A stretch of DNA of 64,000 bases from NCBI GenBank assembly GCA_963662795.1, contig OY759746.1, positions 1,728,001 through 1,792,000 of the forward strand, given 5' to 3'. Below the pieces are notes generated by a model that was not told the origin of the DNA, searched no databases, and worked only from the letters and a program-made list of their open reading frames with translations. This DNA comes from Spirochaetia bacterium (GTDB taxonomy: Bacteria; Spirochaetota; Spirochaetia; CADAEX01). This document shows, one piece after another, positions 39,155 through 47,824 of the stretch (positions within the stretch are counted from its first letter, which is position 1; each line of letters begins with the position of its first letter). A program made the position numbers and the translations under genes.

Positions 39155-40124
39155 GGGGACTGCTTTTGGAAAATCTATTCTTATTGGCGATCAGTTTGTT
39201 TTAAACGGGGTGCCTGCAATACTATCCGCGCTGCCGTATCAGACAGAAACAATTGTTGAAAGGACGCCTGGTCTCGGCGGAAGGGGTTTTACCGTTGTTG
39301 ACAACAGGGTTGAGGTTCCGGGATACAAAAAGAAAAAAGAGGAAGCCTGCTACAGATCGTATGAGCAGATGATAAAGGTGATGGGACTTGATCTTAAAAA
39401 GAACCCGATAAAAATTACTGTCGGAGGCGACCTGCTTGCCGGGAGCGGTGTAGGGGCGAGCGCCGCGATAAGCGTTTCATTTGCCCGTGCGTGCAACAGG
39501 GAATTCAATCTGGGCCTTGATGCGATTGAGGAGAACTATATAGGCTGGGAGGGTGAGCATGCCTACCACGGTATTCCGAGCGGTGTAGACAATACAGCAT
39601 CATCCTTCGGCGGACTCATGATGTACATGATCCGGGACGGGAAAAAAATGTATGAAAGAATTGTCCCGGCCAAACCTCTTTATATTGTTCTTGCCAACAG
39701 CGGTGTCACATATAACACTGCCCTTCTTGATGAGCATGTTGAGGGGATGATTAAAAACAATCCCGAACTTTTCTACACTACAATGAGTAAAATTACATCC
39801 CAGGTGTATGAAATGAAAAAGGCGATTGAATCAGGCGATCTTGCATCAGCCGGTAAAATCATGACAGAAAACCACAGGCTGCTGATTGATATGGATTTAA
39901 GCCAGGAAAGGCTGATTGAGCTTTGCGGAAGGTCCATAGAGATGGGCGCTTACGGCGCAAAGCTTACCGGCGGCGGGAAGGGAGGCTACATGGTCGCGCT
40001 TGTGAAAGATGCGGATATGCAGAAAAAGATAGCATCGAAATTCGAGTCTGAAGGCGTTCCTGTCATAACTGCCCAGCTTGGAATCAATGCCGCGGATAAC
40101 GTTAAGTTCAGGATCCTTAAATAA
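39147..40124 (+). CDS. Mevalonate kinase-like GHMP kinase (substrate uncertain)
   Basis: GKSILIGDQF (canonical GK.IL.GEH), GSGVGASAA ATP loop, E..YHG.PSGVD catalytic Asp and KLTGGGKGG. Overlaps the DHH gene stop. Confidence 0.82.
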   Translation: MGKGTAFGKSILIGDQFVLNGVPAILSALPYQTETIVERTPGLGGRGFTVVDNRVEVPGYKKKKEEACYRSYEQMIKVMGLDLKKNPIKITVGGDLLAGSGVGASAAISVSFARACNREFNLGLDAIEENYIGWEGEHAYHGIPSGVDNTASSFGGLMMYMIRDGKKMYERIVPAKPLYIVLANSGVTYNTALLDEHVEGMIKNNPELFYTTMSKITSQVYEMKKAIESGDLASAGKIMTENHRLLIDMDLSQERLIELCGRSIEMGAYGAKLTGGGKGGYMVALVKDADMQKKIASKFESEGVPVITAQLGINAADNVKFRILK

Positions 40125-40148
40125 AACTTACTCGCTGTTAAAGCGGGG

Positions 40149-40196
40149 AGGGCAGCCGGAACCGGAAAATACCGGAAGACGGGCTGCCCTTTTTTT
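40149..40196 (+). terminator. Intrinsic terminator
   Basis: AGGGCAGCC...GGCTGCCCT followed by a T-run. Confidence 0.7.
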
Positions 40197-41001
40197 ATTT
40201 TCTTTTGGCAAGAATTATCTGAGAAGCCTCATAAAAACCTTCCGCGTCATTCTTTTCTGTGACATACACGGGATAGTGCTTCATGATGGGAAGAAATTTT
40301 TTGATGTTTGCGACTGCAATTGTATGTTTGAGAGCTTTAAACATAGGCTCATCATTCTGGGAGTCTCCCGCGAAAATTATTTTATCCTGAAGCGCTTCAA
40401 GCTCCTTCCCTGTAAAATCCTTAAGAAGCATCCTGAAGCATGTAAGCTTGTCATAATCTCCGTACCAGCAATTTATGTGGATACTTGATATTTTATAAAC
40501 TGCTTTCTCTTCATCAAGAATACTGCAGATTTTATCCATTTCATTTTTATTCAGCGGCGGGACATCTTCGCAGAAATCAATTGCAAGGTCGGCAATCCTG
40601 AAATCCTGATCCGACGCAATACCTGCGTTCGGCACTTCCTTCAGAACCCTCTCTTTTATTTTATTGAGTCTGTCCCTGCCCTGTCTTCTATCCTCATCGC
40701 TCTGGAGATATTTTCTTATTACTTTTCTCTGCTGCGGATCATAGGAAAAATAAAAGGCGCCGTTTTCACCTACAACCCCCGCAACCGGCCACATCCTTGC
40801 GATGTGATCGCACCATCCGGCAGGACGCCCTGTTACAGGCACTATTTTTATACCTGCATCATGAAGTTTCCAGATTGCCTCAAAGGTTGATGAGGGAAGT
40901 TTCCCCCCGGTAGTGATTGTGTCATCAATATCCGTAAAAAGGTAAAGGAGGTTTTTGCAAAGGTCCTCCGGAATTTCGTTTACATGCGTTATGGGTTTCA
41001 T
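40195..41001 (-). CDS. HAD superfamily subfamily IIB hydrolase (phosphatase)
   Basis: DIDDT motif I, VTGR motif II, K and GDSQND motif IV. Start set at MKPITH after GGAGAGG. Confidence 0.9.
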   Translation of the reverse strand: MKPITHVNEIPEDLCKNLLYLFTDIDDTITTGGKLPSSTFEAIWKLHDAGIKIVPVTGRPAGWCDHIARMWPVAGVVGENGAFYFSYDPQQRKVIRKYLQSDEDRRQGRDRLNKIKERVLKEVPNAGIASDQDFRIADLAIDFCEDVPPLNKNEMDKICSILDEEKAVYKISSIHINCWYGDYDKLTCFRMLLKDFTGKELEALQDKIIFAGDSQNDEPMFKALKHTIAVANIKKFLPIMKHYPVYVTEKNDAEGFYEASQIILAKRK

Positions 41002-41090
41002 TATCCTCTCCGTTGAGAGAATATTATTTATTGAAGGATTCATCAATAGAGGGTTTGACACGGGATATTATAATTTTGTATTGTGAATTT

Positions 41091-41789
41091 ATGATAATAG
41101 CACACAGGGGGGCAAGCGCGTATGCCCCGGACAATACAATAGCCGCGATAAACAAGGCATTTGAACTAGGAGCAGACGGCATAGAAATAGATGTTCAGAT
41201 GAGCCGTGATGGTGAACTTTTTATTTTTCATGACTGGAACCTTGAAAAAGTAACAGGTGATAAAGCCTTGATTACATCAAAAAGCTCGGCGGAAATAAAA
41301 AATATTGATGCAGGAAGCTGGTTCTCTCCGGAATTCGCCGGCGAGAAAATACCAAAGCTGGATGAGGTGCTGGATATAGTGCCTAAGGGTAAGCTGGTTA
41401 ATATTGAGATAAAGAAAACTGTTTTAGACACAAGACCGGTTGAAGAAAAGGTTGTAAGGCTGGTAAGTGATAAGGGGATGACCGGGAATGTCATTATTTC
41501 ATCTTTTAATCATAGAACCATTTCAATCGTTGAGAAGATCGACGCCGAAATAAAGACAGCCCTTATCATGGCATCACAGCTGGTAAATCCGATGAAGTAT
41601 CTAAGTAATTTCAGATGCTACAGTTTCCATCCGGTTTTATATTATGCAGATGAGCAGCTTGTAAAAGAGCTCCATGCAAATAACATTAAAATATATCCCT
41701 GGGTGGTAAACGATGCTTTTTATGCAAAAGCGCTTACCGGCGCCGGCTGCGACGGGATAATTACCAATTATCCGGATCTTAAATTTTAA
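41091..41789 (+). CDS. Cytoplasmic glycerophosphodiester phosphodiesterase (GDPD, UgpQ-like)
   Basis: IIAHRGAS..APDNT, GIEIDVQ, HD, NIEIK, ISSF and GIITNYP motifs. Confidence 0.93.
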   Translation: MIIAHRGASAYAPDNTIAAINKAFELGADGIEIDVQMSRDGELFIFHDWNLEKVTGDKALITSKSSAEIKNIDAGSWFSPEFAGEKIPKLDEVLDIVPKGKLVNIEIKKTVLDTRPVEEKVVRLVSDKGMTGNVIISSFNHRTISIVEKIDAEIKTALIMASQLVNPMKYLSNFRCYSFHPVLYYADEQLVKELHANNIKIYPWVVNDAFYAKALTGAGCDGIITNYPDLKF

Positions 41790-41822
41790 GGCAAGTCGTA
41801 CCTTCCTCAGGCGACGGGATTA

Positions 41823-42743
41823 TTACCAATTATCCCGACCTTCGTTTCCAAGGAAAATTTTAACCTCTTCAAGTGACGGAATAGAAGTAATTCCCCCTCT
41901 CTTCTGTACAGAGAGGGCGGAAGCGGCGGCTGAAAAAACTATTGCTTTTTCAAGGCTATAGCCCTGTACAAGACACCACGCAAAGGCCCCGTGATAGATA
42001 TCGCCGGCCCCTGTTGTGTCTACCGCCTTAACCCTGAATGCATCAAGGCGGGTAACTTCTCCCTCTTTTTCAAATACCATCCCGTCCTCACCCATGGTAA
42101 TTACTATTGTATTTTTATTTAAACCTTTAAGCGCATTAAATGCCCTGTTATAGCCGGAACTTTCCTTTATGTTTTTTATACCGGAGACAGAACATGCGAA
42201 CCTCTCGGAACATACCAGATAATCAACCTTTGCGGCGAGGCACTCTGTTTCTTTTCTGAGAGAGCCTGCATCAAGAATAGTTTTTGCATCAGGAAATATT
42301 TCCATGGACTTAAGCGCTGTTTCAAGTTCATATCCGTCAAAGAGAAGGACAGACGGGTTATATTTTTTAAGCCCCTCTGCGGTCTGACCGCCTGTCTGTT
42401 CAAGGGTGTTCCTGTTTACAAGTGTTCTGCTTCCATTTTCAAGATTTACAATTATTATTGAAAGAGGCGTTTTAATCCCTTTCCTTTTTATCATACTGCT
42501 GCAGTCAACCCCTGATTCTGTAAGTTCATTTTCAATCAGCTGCCCGTAAATATCATCGCCTGTAACTCCAATGAATGAGGAGTCAAGTCCCCACTTTGAC
42601 AGAAGGCATGATGCGTTTGCAGCAGGGCCTCCTGTGCATTCGTTGAAATCCTGCGTCATGTACTTGAAGTTTTCCTCAGGGTATTTCTCAAAGTAAGCTG
42701 TGATATCATAAGAAGTGTTTCCGATGCAGAGTACCTGATCCAT
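41823..42743 (-). CDS. PfkB/ribokinase family carbohydrate kinase
   Basis: GGPAANA, G.D.YG, ITMGEDG and DTTGAGD motifs. Confidence 0.92.
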   Translation of the reverse strand: MDQVLCIGNTSYDITAYFEKYPEENFKYMTQDFNECTGGPAANASCLLSKWGLDSSFIGVTGDDIYGQLIENELTESGVDCSSMIKRKGIKTPLSIIIVNLENGSRTLVNRNTLEQTGGQTAEGLKKYNPSVLLFDGYELETALKSMEIFPDAKTILDAGSLRKETECLAAKVDYLVCSERFACSVSGIKNIKESSGYNRAFNALKGLNKNTIVITMGEDGMVFEKEGEVTRLDAFRVKAVDTTGAGDIYHGAFAWCLVQGYSLEKAIVFSAAASALSVQKRGGITSIPSLEEVKIFLGNEGRDNW

Positions 42744-42745
42744 AT

Positions 42746-43753
42746 TTAACCTGCCTGAAAAAAAATCGGGACAAGAAACGGGACCGCGAGTGACAGAATC
42801 GCGCCGCTTGAAATGGAAAGAGGAACTATACTGTCTCCGCAGCTCTTTTCAATAAGAGGCAGCGTTACATCCATGCTTGTCGCCCCGGCAACCCCTATCG
42901 CGATATTCGGGTACCTTGTGCGGGCAATAAAGGGAATTGTAACAAGCGCTATACTTTCCCTCATGAGGTTTATCAGAAACCCTGCCGATCCAAGCACAGG
43001 GTCTCCCATATCTGTAATGATGACCCCGGACAGCGAGTACCAGCCGAAGCCTGATACAAGCGCAAGTGCCTTGCCAGGCGTTATCATAAGCAGCGGGGCG
43101 GCGGCAAGTCCCCCGAGCAGGGAACCGATTATAGTCCCGAGCGGCAGCAGCGCGGTTTCAGGGTGGGCAAGGGTATCCTTAAGGCTTACATTGTTCTTTA
43201 CAAGCTGGGCGCCGATTAAAAACAGGAGAAGATACAAAAGCCATGTAGTAAGGTTTGAACCTGTAAATGCCGGATAAATCTTTATAAGCCAGCCTGATGC
43301 GAAGCCCGCAATTACATACGATACAAGCTTAAGGGGCTCTTTCAGGTGGTGGAAAAATCCTTCATCACCGGCACTGAAATTGTTTATGCTGACGCTTCCG
43401 GCGGCAGCAGACGCTCTGGCGCTGTTTATGCCGGACTTTACTTCATAAGGTTTAAATGACTGTGTATTTCCCCGGAAATAATCCCTGACTGAAAATATTA
43501 TGAAAAGTACTATAACAGTTCCCGCAACCGAAGCTACTGCAAAGGAAATGGAAACAATGCCAATGGTTTTAAGCGCTTTGCCTATTTCCTCGTTTCTTCC
43601 TATTCTGAACCCCATGAAGAAAAGGAGAAGGAAAAGCGAAATGTTTATCAGGGTATTGAACACCCTGCCCTCTGGGAGAATTCTGATTTTTGCTGCAGCC
43701 ATGCCTGCGAACAAAAACACGAGTATTATTCCAATTGAGATAAATGCAGACAT
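42746..43753 (-). CDS. LysO (DUF340) family lysine exporter-like membrane protein
   Basis: LLFFMGFRIG, GFGWYSLSG, N..RE and GATSMDVTLP motifs. Confidence 0.88.
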   Translation of the reverse strand: MSAFISIGIILVFLFAGMAAAKIRILPEGRVFNTLINISLFLLLFFMGFRIGRNEEIGKALKTIGIVSISFAVASVAGTVIVLFIIFSVRDYFRGNTQSFKPYEVKSGINSARASAAAGSVSINNFSAGDEGFFHHLKEPLKLVSYVIAGFASGWLIKIYPAFTGSNLTTWLLYLLLFLIGAQLVKNNVSLKDTLAHPETALLPLGTIIGSLLGGLAAAPLLMITPGKALALVSGFGWYSLSGVIITDMGDPVLGSAGFLINLMRESIALVTIPFIARTRYPNIAIGVAGATSMDVTLPLIEKSCGDSIVPLSISSGAILSLAVPFLVPIFFQAG

Positions 43754-43906
43754 GGCTAAAAACTAACATAATCCCCCTATTAGTTCAATTAGCCGCGTTA
43801 TTTATGCTTCTTATAATCTAAAAACTTGACTATTATCAATCGTATATGTAAAAATAATAAATATGTTTATGCCTATATGGCAAACATAAAATAAGGAGTA
43901 TTACAG

Positions 43907-44665
43907 ATGAAAAAGATTTTACTTGTACTGCTTGCGGCAGTTCTGGTTTTCGGAATTGCTTCATGTTCAAAGAAAGAGCAGAAAGCAGGAGAAAAAAAGG
44001 TTATAACAATTGCATCAGACGCGACATGGCCACCGATGGAGTATGTAGACGAAAATAAAAATATTGTCGGATTTGATGTTGATCTGATGAATGCCGCGGC
44101 TGAAGCAGGCGGATATGAAGTAGTAATTAAAAATACCGCATGGGACGGAATTTTTGCCGGCCTTGCCAACGGCGAATATGACGCTGTCTGCTCATCAGTT
44201 ACAATTACTGAAGAGAGAAAAGGGACAATGGATTTTTCAGTACCCTATGTTAACGCAGGGCAGGTACTTGTCGTTGAAGCAGGGAATGACACGGATAAAG
44301 TTCTCGCTGACATGAAAGGCAAGGAAGCAGGTGCACAGATCGGTACAACCGGAGCTATTGAGATCCAGAATACCGAAGGCGTTGTTCTCAAAACTTACGA
44401 CGAAATAGGGCTTGCAATTGCTGACCTTGCCAACGGAAGAATAGCAGGTGTTGTTGCTGACGCCCCCATTGCAGCTGACTTCGTACTTCAGAATGATGAA
44501 TACAAGAGCAAACTCAAAATAGTAGGAGTTCCTTTTACAGATGAATACTACGGCGTGGCTGTAAAAAAAGGAAATCAGGAAATTCTTGATCTGGTAAACG
44601 CGGGACTTAAAAAAGTCATAGACTCCGGAAAAGCAAAAGAGCTTGAAGACAAGTGGCTCAGATAA
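43907..44665 (+). CDS. Basic/polar amino acid ABC transporter substrate-binding lipoprotein
   Basis: Lipobox IASC; DATWPPME, GFDVDL, WDGIF.GL and QIGTTG motifs. Confidence 0.92.
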   Translation: MKKILLVLLAAVLVFGIASCSKKEQKAGEKKVITIASDATWPPMEYVDENKNIVGFDVDLMNAAAEAGGYEVVIKNTAWDGIFAGLANGEYDAVCSSVTITEERKGTMDFSVPYVNAGQVLVVEAGNDTDKVLADMKGKEAGAQIGTTGAIEIQNTEGVVLKTYDEIGLAIADLANGRIAGVVADAPIAADFVLQNDEYKSKLKIVGVPFTDEYYGVAVKKGNQEILDLVNAGLKKVIDSGKAKELEDKWLR

Positions 44666-45438
44666 AAACGCCCCGTTTTGAAGTTACAGATGGTACGCTG
44701 ATCCCGGATAAAGGCGAGAAATCCATATTTTCAGCCTGGAAACTCGCCTTTTTCGGGGCTATATCACTGCTTATCATTCTCCCTGTTGTCAAACCGGACC
44801 CATATTTTCAGATTATTAAATTCCTGCCGGACGGGATTATTGCGACTTTTCAGGTAACAATACTTTCGATTGTCCTTTCGTTTTTTATAGGACTGATAAC
44901 AGGCCTGGGACGGATTTCAAGAATAACGTTTTTCAACCGGATTGCAACAGTTTATGTCGAGGTGATAAGGGGGATTCCGCTTCTTGTCCAGCTTTTTTAT
45001 ATCTATTACGCGCTTGGCAAAATTGTTCAGGTTCCCCGCCTTGCCTCAGCTGTAATTGCCATGGCTGTGTGTTACGGGGCCTACATGGGAGAGATATTCA
45101 GGGCAGGTATACTTGCCATCCCGAGGGGACAGATGGAGGCAGCCCTTGCACTTGGACTTTCCAGGGGACAGGCTTTATGGAAGGTAATTCTTCCTCAGAC
45201 AATCAAGGTTATCCTGCCGCCGATCGGCAACGAGTTTATAGCGCTGCTTAAGGATTCCTCCCTTGTTTCGATCCTTGCGGTATCTGATTTACTCAGGCGT
45301 GGCAGGGAATATGCATCAACGTCATTCATGTATTTTGAAAGCTACACAATAGTAGCTCTTGTGTACCTGATTATTACCCTGTTCCTGTCAAGGCTTGTGG
45401 CAATAATGGAAGAAAGGCTGGTGAGACGTGAAAAGTAA
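44653..45438 (+). CDS. Polar amino acid ABC transporter permease
   Basis: [31 protein letters not shown] and LLKDSSL motifs. Confidence 0.92.
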   Translation: MAQIKTPRFEVTDGTLIPDKGEKSIFSAWKLAFFGAISLLIILPVVKPDPYFQIIKFLPDGIIATFQVTILSIVLSFFIGLITGLGRISRITFFNRIATVYVEVIRGIPLLVQLFYIYYALGKIVQVPRLASAVIAMAVCYGAYMGEIFRAGILAIPRGQMEAALALGLSRGQALWKVILPQTIKVILPPIGNEFIALLKDSSLVSILAVSDLLRRGREYASTSFMYFESYTIVALVYLIITLFLSRLVAIMEERLVRREK

Positions 45439-46171
45439 CAACAAACCAAGAGTAAGAATTGAAAATGCGTCAAAAAATTTTGATAAAGTAACAGCGCTGA
45501 AAAACGTAAGCCTCGAAGTTAAAACCGGAGAAGTTGTCCTTATTATCGGCCCTTCCGGAAGCGGTAAAAGCACCTTGTTAAGGAGTGTAAACAGGCTTGA
45601 AAACCTTACTTCGGGAGATATCTGGGTTGATGACGATCTTTTGACTCATAACAAATCAGATATACGGAAGATTCGGGAAGAGGTTGGAATGGTTTTTCAG
45701 AGTTTCAATCTGTTTTCCCACCTTACTGCGCTTGAAAATGTAACGCTCGCGCCGCTGACAGTTAAAAAGACACCAAAAGAAGCTGCTGCAGCAAACGGGA
45801 GAGAGCTCCTTAAAAGGGTAGGCCTTTCCGATAAGGAAAACAACTATCCTGACCAGCTTTCAGGAGGACAGCAGCAGCGGGTTGCGATTGCAAGGGCTCT
45901 TGCAATGAACCCCAAGGTGATGCTGTTTGACGAACCTACAAGCGCCCTTGATCCCGAAATGATAAAGGAAGTTCTTGATGTTATGCTTCAGCTTGCAAAA
46001 GACGGAATGACAATGCTTGTTGTTTCCCACGAGATGGGTTTTGCAAGAGCGGCAGCTGATAAAGTTGTTTTTATGGACGGCGGAGAGATTATTGAAACAG
46101 GCACCCCCGATGATATTTTTGACAGGCCGAAGGAAGAGAGAACAAAAAAATTCCTCAAGCATATATTGTAA
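45428..46171 (+). CDS. Polar amino acid ABC transporter ATP-binding protein (GlnQ-like)
   Basis: [35 protein letters not shown] and HEMGFA motifs. Confidence 0.93.
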   Translation: MKSNNKPRVRIENASKNFDKVTALKNVSLEVKTGEVVLIIGPSGSGKSTLLRSVNRLENLTSGDIWVDDDLLTHNKSDIRKIREEVGMVFQSFNLFSHLTALENVTLAPLTVKKTPKEAAAANGRELLKRVGLSDKENNYPDQLSGGQQQRVAIARALAMNPKVMLFDEPTSALDPEMIKEVLDVMLQLAKDGMTMLVVSHEMGFARAAADKVVFMDGGEIIETGTPDDIFDRPKEERTKKFLKHIL

Positions 46172-46193
46172 CAGTATTTAATAAAATAACCGG

Positions 46194-46227
46194 AAAAAGC
46201 CGCAGACTGTCAATCTGCGGCTTTTTT
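46194..46227 (+). terminator. Intrinsic terminator
   Basis: AAAAAGCCGCAGA-loop-TCTGCGGCTTTTTT. Confidence 0.85.
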
Positions 46228-46381
46228 GTAAATACATCAGAAAACGGCTGTTATAATCACAATAATGTCAAAAAATGCGTATTATTATACTTTATTTATC
46301 AATAATTGCGTGTTATAATGATTTAAATATCAAAATAGATGCGAAATATTGATAAGGACTAATGGGAGACAGGAGGGAATC

Positions 46382-47722
46382 ATGAATAAACCGCAGATGT
46401 CAGTTTATTTTCAGGCCAGGAAACCTTCGGCAATAAGGATGTCACAGATTGAATTTGCCAAACGTAAAGATAAGGTAAAAGAGATAAATACCGCAATAGG
46501 GAATGTAACCCTGCCGACGCATCCCGCAATGCAGAAGAGGATGTTTAATCTTGATGCCAAGGACTCGCCTTTTAAAGACGGAGTTGTCAAGTATACGGCT
46601 ACGGTAGGAATGAAAGAAACCAATGATGCGTTTTTGAATGTCATTGCTTCAGCTGGTTTTAAGACAGAAGGGCTTTATTCTCAGATAACAGACGGCGGAA
46701 GCCAGGCTATGGAAATCATCATACTGGGAATCTGCGGCCCCGCCGGGACTGATGAAAAACCGATTCTGCTTATTGACCCCGCCTATACAAATTATCTTTC
46801 CATGAAAGACAGGGTTGGAAGAAAAAGCGTTTCAGTTAAAAGAAAGCTTGAGAAAAATGGTAAATTCACACTTCCGGATATGAAAGAAATGGAAGAGGTA
46901 ATCGAAAAAAATAAACCCGGTGTTATGATAGTAATTCCATACGATAACCCGACAGGGCATTTCTACGACAAGGCGGCTATGGTTTCTCTCGCAAAACTCT
47001 GCGTGAAATACAACATGTGGATGGTAAGTGATGAGGCATACAGGGAGCTACTTTACAGCGGTGATAAAGTAAGCAGTATCTGGGGTATCACTGATAAGGA
47101 TGTTCCCGGAATTGAGGGGAGAAGAATCAGTATAGAAACAACTTCCAAGGTATGGAACTGCTGCGGGCTGAGGGTCGGAGCTCTTATTACTGATAATGAG
47201 GAATTTCATGCAAAGGCTGTAGCCGAAAACACTGCAAACCTGTGTTCAAGCGCTATAGGTCAGTATATTTTCGGGGCAATTGCGCACGAGTCGCATGAAG
47301 ATCTTAACAAATGGTACAGGAAAATCAGCAGTTATTACAAACCGATGCTTGCTGATTTCTGCAGCGAGCTTAAATCAAGGCTTCCGGGTGTAATTGTTTC
47401 AAGCCCCGATTCCTCGATTTATTCAGTCATAGATGTAAGGGATATAGCTCCTGCCGGTTTCAAATCCATGGATTTTGTCCTTTACTGCGCAAAAGAGGGT
47501 AAGGTTGAACTGGATGGTGAATATTACACGCTTCTTGTTGCGCCCATGTCGGGGTTCTACAGCGTTGAAAAGGGGGAGAAAAATCCGGGCGACACACAGA
47601 TGAGGGTTGCATATGTTCCTGCAAAGGAAGATATGCAAAAAGCACCGGTACTTTTCGAGAAGCTGTTTAAAGCTTACACCGCATCGATGAGAGAACCTGC
47701 ATTGGCTTCCGCTAAAAACTGA
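46382..47722 (+). CDS. Class I/II PLP-dependent aminotransferase (aspartate aminotransferase-like)
   Basis: DP.YTNY, NPTG, SDEAYREL and TSKVWNCCGLRVG motifs. Start at ATG 46382 after GGAGG. Confidence 0.88.
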   Translation: MNKPQMSVYFQARKPSAIRMSQIEFAKRKDKVKEINTAIGNVTLPTHPAMQKRMFNLDAKDSPFKDGVVKYTATVGMKETNDAFLNVIASAGFKTEGLYSQITDGGSQAMEIIILGICGPAGTDEKPILLIDPAYTNYLSMKDRVGRKSVSVKRKLEKNGKFTLPDMKEMEEVIEKNKPGVMIVIPYDNPTGHFYDKAAMVSLAKLCVKYNMWMVSDEAYRELLYSGDKVSSIWGITDKDVPGIEGRRISIETTSKVWNCCGLRVGALITDNEEFHAKAVAENTANLCSSAIGQYIFGAIAHESHEDLNKWYRKISSYYKPMLADFCSELKSRLPGVIVSSPDSSIYSVIDVRDIAPAGFKSMDFVLYCAKEGKVELDGEYYTLLVAPMSGFYSVEKGEKNPGDTQMRVAYVPAKEDMQKAPVLFEKLFKAYTASMREPALASAKN

Positions 47723-47797
47723 TCCGGGATAACTGTGAAACGCAGGATTCAATTTTATTGTTTCGTGCGTCTGTCAGGGTAACCCCGGACTATTGAT

Positions 47798-47824
47798 AAG
47801 AGGCTGCTGTTACGGCAGCCTTTA
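47798..47824. terminator. Terminator hairpin between convergent genes
   Basis: AGGCTGC-TGTTACG-GCAGCCT followed by TTT. Confidence 0.6.

Noticed and set aside
43790-43890. ArgR boxes upstream of the amino acid ABC operon
   Set aside because: Only weak AT-rich similarity; cannot be supported by eye.
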